A stretch of DNA of 64,000 nt from a bacterium (GCA_965205865.1 CBDBHR010000030.1:1088001-1152000); one strand, 5' to 3'. Counted from the first letter of the stretch, positions 51,047 through 62,250 are shown. Notes: generated by a model not told the origin, from the letters alone. A program made the numbers and translations.

Positions 51047-52384
51047 TTACTGAAAAGAACGGGATTTAGGACGGCGAAGGAGTTTGAGTGTCGGAGAGTT
51101 TGCTGGTTCTTCCGTAGAGAGGGAGGGAGGCTCCAATTCGAACAAGTCAATCAGAGATTCCAGATAAAGGCGCCCGTCTTCGCGATTGTTTAAATTGCGG
51201 AGATTGTGGGAGGGTTTGTGCAAGATTTTATTGATCAACGTATAAATCATTTGCTCCACTTGCCGCTCTTGTTTGGGAGAAAGACTGCCCAGCTTTTGCA
51301 AGGTTTTTTCCAGTTCGGCAACACCCATTTCGTGAAAGGATTTCCGCAGTGCGCGGATAGCCGGGACGACAGAGAGATTTTTGAACCATGAATGGAGCTT
51401 TTCCACTTCCTCTGCGATGATTTGTTCAGCAATTCGGGCTTGCTGCTCACGTTCTTTGCGGTTGTCGTCTACCACGCTCTGCAGATCGTCGATGTCATAG
51501 ACATAGATGTTGGCCAGATTGTTCAAACGAGGGTCAATGTCTCGGGGGACGGCAATATCAATAAAGAACATGGGCGCTCCTTTTCTGCGCTTGATGCATC
51601 GTTTGACCATGGATTCGGTAACAATGAAGTCCTGCGCTCCGGTGGAACCAATGACGATATCCGCATTTCCCAGGTAGTCGGAGAGTTGCTCGATCCGAAT
51701 GGCAGAGCCCCAATTTGCTTCAGCCAGAGCCATTGCATGGGCAAAGGTGCGATTCGTAATAAGCAGTTTGGAAACTCCGTTTTTGATAAAATATTTTGCC
51801 GCCATCTCCGCCATCTCGCCTGCCCCTATAATCAATACCGTTTGCTGAGAAAGGTCGCTGAAAATGTGTTTTGCCAGTTCGACTGCAGCAAAACTGATCG
51901 AAACCGCATTGTGGGCAATTTGCGTTTCGGTCCGTATTCTTTTAGCAGCAGAAAATGCGCGGGGAAAGAGCCCTTTGAAGAAAGAACCCACATAATCATA
52001 GTCCAGAAATTGCTGATAGGCTTCTTTGACCTGCCCCAGTATTTGCGGTTCTCCCACAATCATGGAATCCAGGCTTGCGGTCACTCGAAATAAGTGCTGA
52101 ACCGCATCGATGTCGTAGGACTCATAAGACAATCCGGGCAAGCCCGGAAGGTTGAAATGCCATGCCAACCTGTCCTTGACGTGTTGGCAAGTCAGACGAG
52201 GTTGTTCGGCCACAAAATGGAATTCAACCCGGTTGCAGGTCGAGAGGACAACCAACTCCTGAAAGTGGCACTCCTGTAAAGTCCTGCGGATCAGAGCCAG
52301 CTGCTGCTCATAAGACAAAGCCAATCGCTCCCTGATCTCAAGGTGTGTTTTTCTGAAATTCCATCCCAATACGGCAAATTTCAT
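51047..52384 (-). CDS. hemA: Glutamyl-tRNA reductase
   Basis: STCNRVE, SLDSMIVGEPQILGQVK, GAGEM and DIAVPRD motifs. Confidence 0.96.
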   Translation of the reverse strand: MKFAVLGWNFRKTHLEIRERLALSYEQQLALIRRTLQECHFQELVVLSTCNRVEFHFVAEQPRLTCQHVKDRLAWHFNLPGLPGLSYESYDIDAVQHLFRVTASLDSMIVGEPQILGQVKEAYQQFLDYDYVGSFFKGLFPRAFSAAKRIRTETQIAHNAVSISFAAVELAKHIFSDLSQQTVLIIGAGEMAEMAAKYFIKNGVSKLLITNRTFAHAMALAEANWGSAIRIEQLSDYLGNADIVIGSTGAQDFIVTESMVKRCIKRRKGAPMFFIDIAVPRDIDPRLNNLANIYVYDIDDLQSVVDDNRKEREQQARIAEQIIAEEVEKLHSWFKNLSVVPAIRALRKSFHEMGVAELEKTLQKLGSLSPKQERQVEQMIYTLINKILHKPSHNLRNLNNREDGRLYLESLIDLFELEPPSLSTEEPANSPTLKLLRRPKSRSFQ

Positions 52385-52527
52385 AGATTTGGATGTCTCT
52401 TGTCGAATAATTGTGTAAGTGGCCCTTATGCCGGCAAGTTGAACAATAGCCATTGTCTAATCTTCTCTATTCAGATAAGATCGTAGCGTTTTTGTAATTT
52501 TAAATCAAATTTTAATTCAACAGGTTC

Positions 52528-53097
52528 ATGCCGAATCTATTCCCTAACTGGATCACTCCCAATCGATTGACCCTCATCCGGATCCTTCTGATTCCGGTGA
52601 TTTATATCCTCGTTTATCCGGACAGCGGACTGTTGCTGATCATTGCCTGTTTTCTCTTTTTCATTGCCTGCCTGACGGATTACTGGGATGGTTTACTGGC
52701 TCGTCAGACAGGCATTATGACTGATTTCGGTAAGTTGATGGATCCCATTGCAGACAAAATCCTTATCACTTCCTTACTGGTACTTTTAGTGGCAATGGAG
52801 AGAGCGCCCGCACATCTGACCACTTTGATCATTGTAAGAGAATTCGCGGTGTCAGGACTAAGATCGGTCGCGGCCGTCCAAGGGATTGTGATTGCTGCGA
52901 ACAAGGAAAGCAAATACAAAACTATTTTACAAATGTTTGCGGTGGGATTCCTGATCCTGCACTACCCTATTTTGGGGATTCCCTGTCATGAAGTTGGTAT
53001 TGTCCTGCTCTGGCTGGCCACCCTATTTACGATATGGACAGGAGCCCGTTATTTTCATTCCTATTACCAGATTGTTTCCTCCGACAGTAGTTCATGA
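52528..53097 (+). CDS. pgsA: CDP-diacylglycerol--glycerol-3-phosphate 3-phosphatidyltransferase
   Basis: PNRLT..RI, TDYWDGLLAR...FGKLMDPIADK and REFAVSGLR motifs. Confidence 0.92.
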   Translation: MPNLFPNWITPNRLTLIRILLIPVIYILVYPDSGLLLIIACFLFFIACLTDYWDGLLARQTGIMTDFGKLMDPIADKILITSLLVLLVAMERAPAHLTTLIIVREFAVSGLRSVAAVQGIVIAANKESKYKTILQMFAVGFLILHYPILGIPCHEVGIVLLWLATLFTIWTGARYFHSYYQIVSSDSSS

Positions 53098-54072
53098 GCG
53101 AGGAAAAGCGAACTGCAATTCTAAATATTGTGAAATACGCTTTTCCAGCCATCCGTCTGATTTCCAGGGCCAAGTGCCACTGATGAAACCGACATGCCCC
53201 CCATGAGGCAGAAGCTCCAGTTTTATCTGAGAGGACAGTTCTTCAGCTCGAGGAATTGCATCAGGCGTCATGAAAGCGTCATCCTTTGCGTGGATTATCA
53301 AGGTGGGGGTTTGAATTGTTTTCAAATAAGGTCGGCAACTCGCTTCCGCATAATAATGGTCTACACCTCGAAAACCATGGAGTGGGGCGGTGATACGGTC
53401 ATCAAATTCCCGGATAGTTGGAATCGCTTTAATTAAATTCTCAGTAAAGGGAAGAGGCAACACCGCGGATTTACGCAATGCCGAGCGGCGCAAGAGTCTT
53501 AGAAAGTACCAATGATAAAGACGAGAAAACCCTTTTTCCAGACGACGCATTGCTTTCTCCAGTTCAAACGGCACGGAAACGGCAACCGCGGCTTGAATGG
53601 GAATGTGGGACCCGCATTCTCCCAAGCATTTCAATAAAACATTTCCCCCCAGTGAATAGCCAATGACCGCAAGAGGAGTTTGCGATTCCCTCTTGGCAAG
53701 CAGATCGACAAGGTACGCCAAATCATGGGTCTGACCGGCATGATAACTTTGTGGCAAACGATTCGGGTGATATCCGCAATTGCGAAAGTGCATCAAGACC
53801 CCCCGCCATCCTTTTTGATGCAAAGCGGCCAAGATCCCTTGAATGTAATTCGACTCGATGCATCCTTCCAAGCCATGCAAAAGAATGACGATCGGGCCCC
53901 GATTGCCCAACGTCCATCTCAAATCCAGGAAATCTCCATCATCCAGTTCAAGAAACTCTGTTTTTGTTTCAATCCGTGGAGGTTTACGCACCCATGACGC
54001 CCAAATTGTCTGCGCATGAGCATGGGGCAGCCACCATGCCGGTCGATATGACTGCATTGAATTCTTTTTCAA
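53092..54072 (-). CDS. YheT-like alpha/beta hydrolase
   Basis: HGLEG, GYSLGGN and GGHVGF motifs. Confidence 0.9.
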   Translation of the reverse strand: MKKNSMQSYRPAWWLPHAHAQTIWASWVRKPPRIETKTEFLELDDGDFLDLRWTLGNRGPIVILLHGLEGCIESNYIQGILAALHQKGWRGVLMHFRNCGYHPNRLPQSYHAGQTHDLAYLVDLLAKRESQTPLAVIGYSLGGNVLLKCLGECGSHIPIQAAVAVSVPFELEKAMRRLEKGFSRLYHWYFLRLLRRSALRKSAVLPLPFTENLIKAIPTIREFDDRITAPLHGFRGVDHYYAEASCRPYLKTIQTPTLIIHAKDDAFMTPDAIPRAEELSSQIKLELLPHGGHVGFISGTWPWKSDGWLEKRISQYLELQFAFPRS

Positions 54073-54305
54073 TCAAACACGAATGAAAATTATCACTCCC
54101 TGGAAAAGGGGAAATGAGATCCAAGGAAACGAAAACTTGATTTACTAAAGGGAATTGGCGTATATTGTTGCCGGTGAGTATCTCCCACTATCTATTCCAT
54201 CTTGCTCTTCCTATTTTTGTGATCTCGCTTTTCAGACAAATTATCGTTAATATTTCAATGAATCAAGATCTGTGAAGCGCTTTCACATTCAACCCAATGG
54301 ATCCT

Positions 54306-54896
54306 ATGGCCCGTATTGCCAAGAAAAATCGTTCCACTGCCGAAACCACTATTGATGTGCGACTCGACCTTGATGGGACTGGCAAATTCGAGATTGATTC
54401 CGGGATTGGTTATCTTGATCATATGCTGCAACAGTTTGCGTTTCACAGTCTGTTTGATCTGGTTCTTAATTGCAAAGGCGATCTTCACATTGATGGCCAT
54501 CATACTACTGAAGACGTTGCCATTACATTGGCGGAAGCCTTTCAAGATGCATTGGGGGATAAAAAAGGGATACGCCGTTATGCCCATGCTTATATCCCAA
54601 TGGATGAAGCGCTTTTGCGCACCGCGGTCGATGTTTCAGGTCGTCCCGAGTTTCATTTTCAGGGAGAATTCACCCATCCTGCCCTGGGAGAATTGGATAC
54701 GCAATTGATTCCTCATTTTTTCAAATCGTTTGCGATGGTCGCGCGGGTTACCCTTCATATGGCCATCCTGTATGGAGAAAACGACCACCACAAATGCGAA
54801 GGATTGTTCAAAAGCCTTGCTCGCGCCTTGCATGATGCGGTACGAATCGATCCTCGCAGGGAGCGGATTGCATCCACCAAAGGAACATTGAAATGA
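54306..54896 (+). CDS. hisB: Imidazoleglycerol-phosphate dehydratase
   Basis: DHML, DGHHTTED, PMDEA, NDHHKCE and STKG motifs. Confidence 0.96.
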   Translation: MARIAKKNRSTAETTIDVRLDLDGTGKFEIDSGIGYLDHMLQQFAFHSLFDLVLNCKGDLHIDGHHTTEDVAITLAEAFQDALGDKKGIRRYAHAYIPMDEALLRTAVDVSGRPEFHFQGEFTHPALGELDTQLIPHFFKSFAMVARVTLHMAILYGENDHHKCEGLFKSLARALHDAVRIDPRRERIASTKGTLK

Positions 54897-55492
54897 ACGT
54901 CATTGTGGATTATCAGGCCGGAAACCTGGCCAATCTCAAAAACGCTTTGAATTATCTGGGGTTGGACAATCAAATTGCTACCAATGCAAAAGCCATTGAA
55001 AAAGCCAGCCGCATCCTCATGCCGGGGGTTGGCGCTTTTCAACCGGCAATGGAAAGCCTTCGGCAATCAGGGATGGTGGAAGCCATCTTGGAACAAATTG
55101 ATGCGGGAGTGCCTTTTTTGGGAATTTGCCTCGGCTTGCAACTTTTGTTTACGGAAGGTCGGGAAGGTGGCAGACATCAGGGACTGGGGATCATAGAAGG
55201 GGTGGTAGTCCGCTTCGAACATGAGTTGAAAATTCCTCAGATGGGATGGAATCAAGTCGTCTATTGCCGAAAGGATCCTCTTTTCCGAAATATCCCGGAT
55301 AACAGCCACTTTTACTTTGTTCACTCTTATCATGGCATTCCTCAAAATTCGGAGATAACGCTGGCCCGTACGGACTATGGTGTCCCGTTCACTTCCGTGT
55401 TGCATTCAGGAAATGTCTGGGGTGTCCAGTTTCACCCTGAAAAAAGCCAAGCAGTGGGATTGGAGTTGTTGAATAATTTTTGTCATTTCTAA
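54893..55492 (+). CDS. hisH: Imidazole glycerol phosphate synthase glutaminase subunit
   Basis: PGVGAF, GICLGLQ, YFVHSY and QFHPEKS motifs. Confidence 0.96.
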   Translation: MNVIVDYQAGNLANLKNALNYLGLDNQIATNAKAIEKASRILMPGVGAFQPAMESLRQSGMVEAILEQIDAGVPFLGICLGLQLLFTEGREGGRHQGLGIIEGVVVRFEHELKIPQMGWNQVVYCRKDPLFRNIPDNSHFYFVHSYHGIPQNSEITLARTDYGVPFTSVLHSGNVWGVQFHPEKSQAVGLELLNNFCHF

Positions 55493-55689
55493 CCAATGCA
55501 TGAACAAAACCCCGGCCCCCTTTTGCAAACCAGATTTTGGACACGTTTATATCAATAGGCTGTAAAAAGATGTTAAATCGATCCTACGTTTTTAAGTGGG
55601 AACGCGTAAATGGACGTTTTGCGTCCTATAAAAACCGCAAAGCGGTCATAAGCAGGCAAATTTAAGCAAGTAATTTGAAAGATGAAGTC

Positions 55690-56118
55690 ATGGCCAAAGA
55701 GCAAACTTTATCCATTATTAAGCCTGATGGCGTTTCCCGAAATATAATAGGGAAACTCCTCAGTCGTTTCGAAAGCAGCGGACTCCGGGTGGTTGCCATG
55801 AAAATGATTCATCTCTCTAAAAAGGAAGCGGAAGGTTTTTATGCAGTGCATCAGCGACATCCTTTTTTTGGCAGCTTGACCGATTATATGAGTTCGGGAC
55901 CTGTCATTGCGCAGGTACTTGAAGGCGAAAATGCGATTGCCAAAAACCGGGAAGTCATAGGAGCCACCAATCCTGCGGAAGCAGCGGAAGGGACCATTCG
56001 CAAAGACTATGCCCTCAATATCGAGCAAAACACCGTGCATGGATCCGATGCTCCCGAATCAGCTGCCAGCGAAATCGCCTATTTCTTTTCAGATATGGAA
56101 TTGGTCAATCCTTCCTGA
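55690..56118 (+). CDS. ndk: Nucleoside diphosphate kinase
   Basis: IIKPDGV, GATNP, GTIR and NTVHGSD motifs. Confidence 0.96.
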   Translation: MAKEQTLSIIKPDGVSRNIIGKLLSRFESSGLRVVAMKMIHLSKKEAEGFYAVHQRHPFFGSLTDYMSSGPVIAQVLEGENAIAKNREVIGATNPAEAAEGTIRKDYALNIEQNTVHGSDAPESAASEIAYFFSDMELVNPS

Positions 56119-56189
56119 TCTCCAGTCGGAATGGCGCTTCATCGATACGCCACCCCAACTCATCACGTCGAGAGCGAGCAGGCAGCCAT

Positions 56190-57108
56190 TTATTTCTCCA
56201 ATGAGTCCAAGATAGAGCGGTAACTTTGATAACGGATTAGAGAAATCTTTTTTTCGGCAACTGCTTGCTGCACCCCGCAGTCTGGTTCGTACCGATGGGT
56301 GCATCCTTTGAATCTGCAGTGCAGCCGGGCTTGTTCGAATTCTACGAAAAAACGATCCAATTCTTGGGGAGTCAACTGGGAGATGCCCAGTTCTCGAATG
56401 CCAGGCGTATCAGCCACGTACCCCCCACCCGGCAATCGATGCATTTCCGGAACGGAGGTGGTGTGCCTCCCTTTTTGAGTAATATGGCTCAGCTGACCAA
56501 TTTTAATTTTCCATTCAGGAAACAAGGCTTTCAATAACGATGATTTTCCAACACCTGAATGGCCGGACAAAACGCATGTTTGATTTTTCAGTATTTCATG
56601 GAAGCTATCAAGTCCAACACCGGAAATGGCACTGGTCAATAACACCGGATAACCCAAAGTCTGGTAGGTTTCCTGGATGGAATGAATGGCTTGCGGTTCT
56701 CCCAAATCCACTTTATTGAGGACGAGGGTGGGACGGAGTCCACCTTGCTGAGCGGAGATCAGGAAACGGTCCACCATTCCGGAGCGAAATGAAGGGTTTT
56801 TAATGGAGCTCACAATCAGTAGATGGTCTACGTTGCTGATCAACACCTGCTCGATTTTCCCTTCTTTGGCGGGCCGGGAAAGTTGGTTACGGCGTGGCAG
56901 GATTTTGTATATCAATCCTGCATCTTCTGCCGCATCGAGATCAGTTTCCACTCGATCTCCAACCGCAACCGTGAAATTTTTAATTTTTCCCTGAAAAAGA
57001 TTCCCTTTGATCCGGCATAAATGCACGGAATCGGCGACATTGACATAATAAAATCCCTTGACCCGTTTCAAGACTGTCCCGATCTGTCGATTTTTCTGAT
57101 TCGGCATC
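56190..57108 (-). CDS. rsgA: Ribosome small subunit-dependent GTPase A
   Basis: NKVDL, GHSGVGKSSL, GRHTT, DTPG and CRFKGCTHRYEPDC motifs. Confidence 0.95.
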
Positions 57109-57393
57109 TGGTCAGGAAAGCGGAGTAGGGAAGGCAATCAGGTCAATCTCTCGATCTGCTCCCAGGGCGCGACTTACTGGGAAAAATCGCAAAATCCCTG
57201 TTTGGCAGGTGAGTCCTTTGAGAGCTGGGACAAGTTCAATATTTGCAAAACTCATGTTAAAATACCAAAGATTTGAATGCGACGGTACGGATTTTGAAAA
57301 ACAAATAATAGCATAAAATCAACCGAATGTTCCATCAGAAGAATACGTGGATGAACATCAATTTTAATTTTTTTCAAATCATCAAAAACATGG

Positions 57394-57897
57394 ATGGATA
57401 AAATGAATAGAAACTATGAATCTTATCACATTTGGAAATACAACGAATGGATTTATGCAAAGGTTGGCGTTTTGTTATTGTTTGCTTTGGTTTTTAGCGT
57501 TACTACGGAAGCCTGGGCCCTTTGTGTTCAAGTAAAAAAGGCAAACCTCCGTCAAGGACCCGGTACCAAGCATGAAAAGCTCTGGGAAGTGTATCAGTAT
57601 ATGCCTTTCAGGAAGCTGGATGCAAAAGGGAGTTGGCTAAAGGTTTCAGACGTCGATGGCGACATCTATTGGATTTATAAAAAACTCACTACCGAAGACT
57701 ATCATTGCGCAGTGATCAAGATAGACAAAGCGAACCTGCGGGAAGGTCCTGGAACAAATTTTTCCCAGGTTTCGTGGAGCCCCAGGGATAAATATTATTC
57801 AATGAAAGTGCTCAATATTGAAGGGAAATGGGTTCGCATTGAAGATTATGAAGGGGATGTCGCATGGATCCATCGCTCATTGGTTTGGATTCAGTAA
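57394..57897 (+). CDS. Tandem bacterial SH3 domain protein
   Basis: Two ANLR.GPGT...W repeats after a signal peptide. Confidence 0.85.
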   Translation: MDKMNRNYESYHIWKYNEWIYAKVGVLLLFALVFSVTTEAWALCVQVKKANLRQGPGTKHEKLWEVYQYMPFRKLDAKGSWLKVSDVDGDIYWIYKKLTTEDYHCAVIKIDKANLREGPGTNFSQVSWSPRDKYYSMKVLNIEGKWVRIEDYEGDVAWIHRSLVWIQ

Positions 57898-57908
57898 TTC
57901 TCGGAATT

Positions 57909-58811
57909 TCAAGGAAGAACGCGAAACAATCCCTCACTTGTATCCAGAGAAACGAATGAACCCAGAGGAAGGGTAACACTGACGGGACCATGTCCTGACG
58001 GAAGTTTACAGGCAACCGGGAAAAGGGCATCCTGAAAATAATCGGTCAGTATCTCCCATAATATCGAAGCCTTTCCTTCACACCCTACCATCTCTCCAAA
58101 AACCAGCCCCTGCAAATAATCCAATTTTCCCGCATTTTTTAAATGGGTGAGCATGCGGTCCACACGGTAAGGGGTCTCTGCAGTGTCTTCCAAAAACAAG
58201 ATTTTGTCCCTTGTTTCGATTTCATAAAAGGTTCCCAGTGAAGCCACCACCAGAGAGAGACATCCTCCGGTAAGTGGGCCAGTAGCACTTCCGGGACGGA
58301 GAGTTTGCACGGGTAGGAGAGGAAAATATTTTGTGGAAAACAGCGTGTCATGCAATGATTGTTGAGTTTCCTGCCTGCCTGAAGATTCCAGAAATTGGCT
58401 TGTGGCCAGGTTGGGACCATGGAAGACCACCATTTGACAGACTTTTTGCAAATAGAGCAGTAAACTGGAAGCATCGCTCAAGCCAACAACCATTTTCCGG
58501 TGATCCGCAATTACGGAGGAATTCAAATACCTTAAAATCCGGGAAGCTCCGTATCCTCCTCTGGTGATAAACAAGGCCTTCAGTTGGCAATCCGTGTAAA
58601 AATCCTGAAATTGCCGGGCGCGATGCTGGTCATCTCCTGCCAGATAAAAATGACGATGGTGCCAACCTGGCTGCAGCTTGACTTGCAGTCCCCAACTCTC
58701 CAGAATAGAAATCGCTTTCGCAACCAAGTGCTCCTGCCCCCGGGATTGATGGCTACCGGGCGCAACCAGTCCCACTTTGTCGCCACGTTCGAGTTTTCGA
58801 GGGAGTATCAC
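57909..58811 (-). CDS. LD-carboxypeptidase (peptidase S66)
   Basis: RGGYG, GLSD, HGP, ILFLED and GHG motifs. Confidence 0.9.
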   Translation of the reverse strand: MILPRKLERGDKVGLVAPGSHQSRGQEHLVAKAISILESWGLQVKLQPGWHHRHFYLAGDDQHRARQFQDFYTDCQLKALFITRGGYGASRILRYLNSSVIADHRKMVVGLSDASSLLLYLQKVCQMVVFHGPNLATSQFLESSGRQETQQSLHDTLFSTKYFPLLPVQTLRPGSATGPLTGGCLSLVVASLGTFYEIETRDKILFLEDTAETPYRVDRMLTHLKNAGKLDYLQGLVFGEMVGCEGKASILWEILTDYFQDALFPVACKLPSGHGPVSVTLPLGSFVSLDTSEGLFRVLP

Positions 58812-58887
58812 GAGTTGTCTTATATTTTGGAAGACTGCTATTTTTGAATTCGATTATACCACAACCCTGCACCTCTTGTAGACGGTC

Positions 58888-59634
58888 ATGTCGGAATCAA
58901 CAGAACTGTTGATCATGTTTGCGCGCTTTCCTCGATCAGGCACAGTAAAAACCAGAATGACCAAACGGGAACATTCTTCACGTCCCTTATCTCCCGAAGC
59001 AACCCTGGCCCTCTACAGGGCGTTTTTAGCGGATTGGATTCCCCGCCTGAAAAGGGGTGGGGGTTTTGATTTACGGATAATGTTGGGGGGAGCGAGTGGA
59101 GAGGAATTGGAAGAATTTCGGCAGCATTTTTCCTTGCATCCCTCTCAACTGAAACAGATGCCCGAAACGCCAGGCGATTTGGGCGCATTGATGGAACATT
59201 GCTTTGAGCAAAGTTTCCGTGAAGGTTATGCCCGAATTGCCTTGATTGGCAGTGATGCTCCCCAAATTCCACTGGCGCGGATCCGGCAGGTTTTCGAATT
59301 TTTGAAAAAAGCGCCGATAGTGATTGGCCCGGACAATGGTGGTGGCATGTATTTAATCGCATATTCCCGTCCTCTGGGAATCATGAAAGAAGGGATCGTC
59401 TGGGGACGTGGGTTGGATCTGCAAGCAATAATCCAAAGGTGTGAAAGACAGGCGCTTGCCTGCCGGCTTCTCCCCGTAGAGATAGACCTTGATACGAGCG
59501 ATGATTTAATTGCCTGGTACAACAAGCGGGATTCAGTCAATCCGGAAGCCTCGACTTATAAAGAGGATTGTCCCCACACGCTTAAATTTGTTCGGCAATG
59601 GATCCTCTCCTCTTGTCAAAGTCGACGGGAATAG
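58888..59634 (+). CDS. DUF2064 / TIGR04282-like glycosyltransferase
   Basis: FARFP..G.VKTR, GDLG, IGSDAP, GPDNGGGMYLI and DLDTSDD motifs. Confidence 0.82.
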   Translation: MSESTELLIMFARFPRSGTVKTRMTKREHSSRPLSPEATLALYRAFLADWIPRLKRGGGFDLRIMLGGASGEELEEFRQHFSLHPSQLKQMPETPGDLGALMEHCFEQSFREGYARIALIGSDAPQIPLARIRQVFEFLKKAPIVIGPDNGGGMYLIAYSRPLGIMKEGIVWGRGLDLQAIIQRCERQALACRLLPVEIDLDTSDDLIAWYNKRDSVNPEASTYKEDCPHTLKFVRQWILSSCQSRRE

Positions 59635-60311
59635 TAGAGTTGGTAGATCTTTTTGCTGCTGATTCCCAACAGGTTGAGCAAGAGAACTTTATTCATCAGC
59701 AACAAATAACGATAGAATCCCAATTGATGGAATTTCCGGGATGAAGGAAAAATAGGCGTGTTGATGAAACGAAAGTCGTATGGTTTCAGATAGCGATTGA
59801 TTTTCAGATCTTCCAGTATGTATTCATGGGGAAAGCCACCAATAGCTTCGAATACCTGCTTGCGTACGCATAAGCCTTGATCACCATAGATAATCTGCAG
59901 ATACCGGCTTCTGGCATTGGAAATTTTTTCCAAGGCCCGGAATTTCCAGGAGTCTTCTTGAAAACGGATGCTGAAACAGGAATAATCACAATTGTCCTCA
60001 CGCCACAGTGTTCTCAATGCCTCCACGGCCTGAGCTGAAATCAAAGTATCCGCATGCAAAAAGAGAATTGTTTCGGCCTGGATATGCGCGGCTCCGGTAT
60101 TCCAACATTGTCCGCGGGAAAGGAAGACGTCGGCAGGCGCTTCGATTCGTTTGACCGAAAATTGCTGGCAAATCCGCCTGCATTCATCGCTGCTATGGTT
60201 GTCCACAATAATAATCTCTTCAAAAAAAGCAGTCAGTTCCGCAAGCGCCCGAGTCAAGGCTTTGGCATCATTGCGCACCGAAATGACGATTCCTGGAAGA
60301 GGACGAGGCAT
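59616..60311 (-). CDS. Family 2 glycosyltransferase (TIGR04283-like)
   Basis: IIVDNHSSD, LFLHADT, YGDQGL, GGFP...LED and SSRKF motifs. Confidence 0.85.
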   Translation of the reverse strand: MPRPLPGIVISVRNDAKALTRALAELTAFFEEIIIVDNHSSDECRRICQQFSVKRIEAPADVFLSRGQCWNTGAAHIQAETILFLHADTLISAQAVEALRTLWREDNCDYSCFSIRFQEDSWKFRALEKISNARSRYLQIIYGDQGLCVRKQVFEAIGGFPHEYILEDLKINRYLKPYDFRFINTPIFPSSRKFHQLGFYRYLLLMNKVLLLNLLGISSKKIYQLYYSRRL

Positions 60312-60367
60312 AGCTTGAATGAGAATACAAAAATGCGCGCTTCGAGAAAATGTTGATTCTATGTGTT

Positions 60368-61363
60368 TCAGTCGTCCATGCCCGCTTCCGGGTCTCGGGG
60401 AGGCCGGTATTTCCCACCGCACAGGAGATAAGGTATCACACCCAACAGATAAACTGCCAATTGAATGATGATGAACAAATTGAAGATATCCGCCCCTTCA
60501 GAGATCCCCACATACCGGTAAAGCTCCCCAAACGCCAAATGTCCGACACCCACTCCTCCCGGAGCGATGGGAAGCGCGACGACAATCAAACCAATAGGCA
60601 TGATGAAAAACTGAGTGGCCAGGCTCAATTCTTTCACCCCGAGCATTTGGGCAATTTGAAAAAATAAAAACGCGATACTGCTATGAATCGCTATGGACAT
60701 CAACAAGGTAACTATCAAAGTCAGTTTTTGGTGTTGGTAGGTCTTGAAAGCCCGGTACACTTTGACGCTCAATTTCTGTCCTGGCAAATTCTTCAGCAAG
60801 CGGATAAACGGATCTTTTCCTTCTTTGAAAGGAAACACTACAATGGCGTAAAATAAAATGGTGCCCGCAAACAGCCCGCTGATTATCCATACCAGAGGGA
60901 ACAGCGCCGATTGACCGGCAATGAAATTCAAGTTGAAAATCAGAGCAAAAAAAGCCATCACGATCAATCCGAATAAACCAACAAAACGGTCGATCAAAAC
61001 GGTCGTGAAAGCAGGAGTTTTTCCTTCCTTCCGCTGCGAACGAATGATGTAGTATCCTTTGACCACATCACCGCTGACCGCACCCGGCAGGGCGGTATTG
61101 AAAAAATTGCCGATCCACGTCAATAAATTGGCCCGGCAAAAAAGAACCTCCAAACCGATGGCTCGGAGCAGCAACCACCAGCGCAAAGCGGTCAATGGAA
61201 CAATCCAGAAGACCAAAACAGCGAGTAACGTGAAGAGCATCTTCGGGTGCTCCCCAAATAACAAAAGACGCTCAAAATTCAAACGCTCACTGACAATCAA
61301 GTAATACAAAATCCCGGCAATCAAGGCAAATTTCAGCAAATTGACAATAACTCTATTCCTCAT
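60368..61363 (-). CDS. Lysylphosphatidylglycerol synthase TM-domain (UPF0104) protein
   Basis: RWWLLL, FFNTALPGAVSGD, DRFVGL and PIAPGGVGV motifs. Confidence 0.88.
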   Translation of the reverse strand: MRNRVIVNLLKFALIAGILYYLIVSERLNFERLLLFGEHPKMLFTLLAVLVFWIVPLTALRWWLLLRAIGLEVLFCRANLLTWIGNFFNTALPGAVSGDVVKGYYIIRSQRKEGKTPAFTTVLIDRFVGLFGLIVMAFFALIFNLNFIAGQSALFPLVWIISGLFAGTILFYAIVVFPFKEGKDPFIRLLKNLPGQKLSVKVYRAFKTYQHQKLTLIVTLLMSIAIHSSIAFLFFQIAQMLGVKELSLATQFFIMPIGLIVVALPIAPGGVGVGHLAFGELYRYVGISEGADIFNLFIIIQLAVYLLGVIPYLLCGGKYRPPRDPEAGMDD

Positions 61364-61390
61364 TTCATGCTCCGCAAATTGCAGTCTTGA

Positions 61391-61972
61391 TTATGCGGGG
61401 AGCAGTAATCTTACCAAAATCATTATCATACTAAATATCGCTGCAATCCTTGTTACCCGCCTCACTCCCGGTAAAATCCGTCCCTCTTCTTTCAGAATCC
61501 CAGCATAAACCATGCTCGTTGAAGCAGTCAATGCCAGAGAGACACTGAGTGGAGAAATCCCCAATGCGCAGGTTAGCATCCCATAAACCATGCCATTGAG
61601 CAGTTCGATCCAAAAAGAGCGTGATCCATATTTATAATCACAATGACGACATCGCCCCCGCCCCCATAAATAGGAGACTACCGGGATGTTTTCAAACCAC
61701 CTCAATCGATGTCCACAGGCAAAACAGACGGAGCGGGCAGGGACTGCAATGCTGATTTGGTTAGAAACGATGTACTGCTTGAGAATGCCGGATATTAGCG
61801 GATCCGATAGTATTTGCTCTTTGCGGTTTGGCGAGAGGGACTGTAAAGGGAGACGGTCAATGCACACATTCAAAAAACTGCCGATCACCAATCCGATCAA
61901 CACCGAAAAGAACAGCACCCCATACCATAAAATTCCCTCGGGAATCCAGCTTATGACCAATATTGCTGGCAT
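61391..61972 (-). CDS. Prepilin peptidase N-terminal domain protein
   Basis: GSFLNVCIDRLP, RSVCFACG...ENIPVVSY...RGRCRHC. Confidence 0.8.
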   Translation of the reverse strand: MPAILVISWIPEGILWYGVLFFSVLIGLVIGSFLNVCIDRLPLQSLSPNRKEQILSDPLISGILKQYIVSNQISIAVPARSVCFACGHRLRWFENIPVVSYLWGRGRCRHCDYKYGSRSFWIELLNGMVYGMLTCALGISPLSVSLALTASTSMVYAGILKEEGRILPGVRRVTRIAAIFSMIMILVRLLLPA

Positions 61973-61989
61973 GGCAATCCATCACTGTC

Positions 61990-62159
61990 CTGGTACGCTT
62001 TGGTAAAATTTCGTTTACAATTTCAGTGTCATGCCGGACTTGATCCGGCATCCGGGATTCACGGAAAGCCACCTGGATTCCAGCTCTTCGCCCGGAATGA
62101 CAACACTTTCGATTGTCGGATGTAAATTACTGTAAACGTATTTCGCCGTGCTGTACTAG
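61990..62159. repeat. MITE-like element with imperfect TIRs enclosing a GTCA-type REP doublet
   Basis: CTGGTAC...CGTTTACA / TGTAAACG...GTACTAG; internal GTCATGCCGGACTTGATCCGGCATC and GGATTCC...GGAATGAC. Confidence 0.7.
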
Positions 62160-62250
62160 TCAAGGTTTGTGAAAATAATTGAAGGATGGGGAAGGAGTCC
62201 TCGTCTCGCGATTCTTGTTGAGCATTTCGTCCTGTTTTGAAGAACTGAAA

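Noticed and set aside
61391-61972. Full-length PilD
   Set aside because: Only the N-terminal cysteine-containing domain is present, so no gene symbol was assigned.
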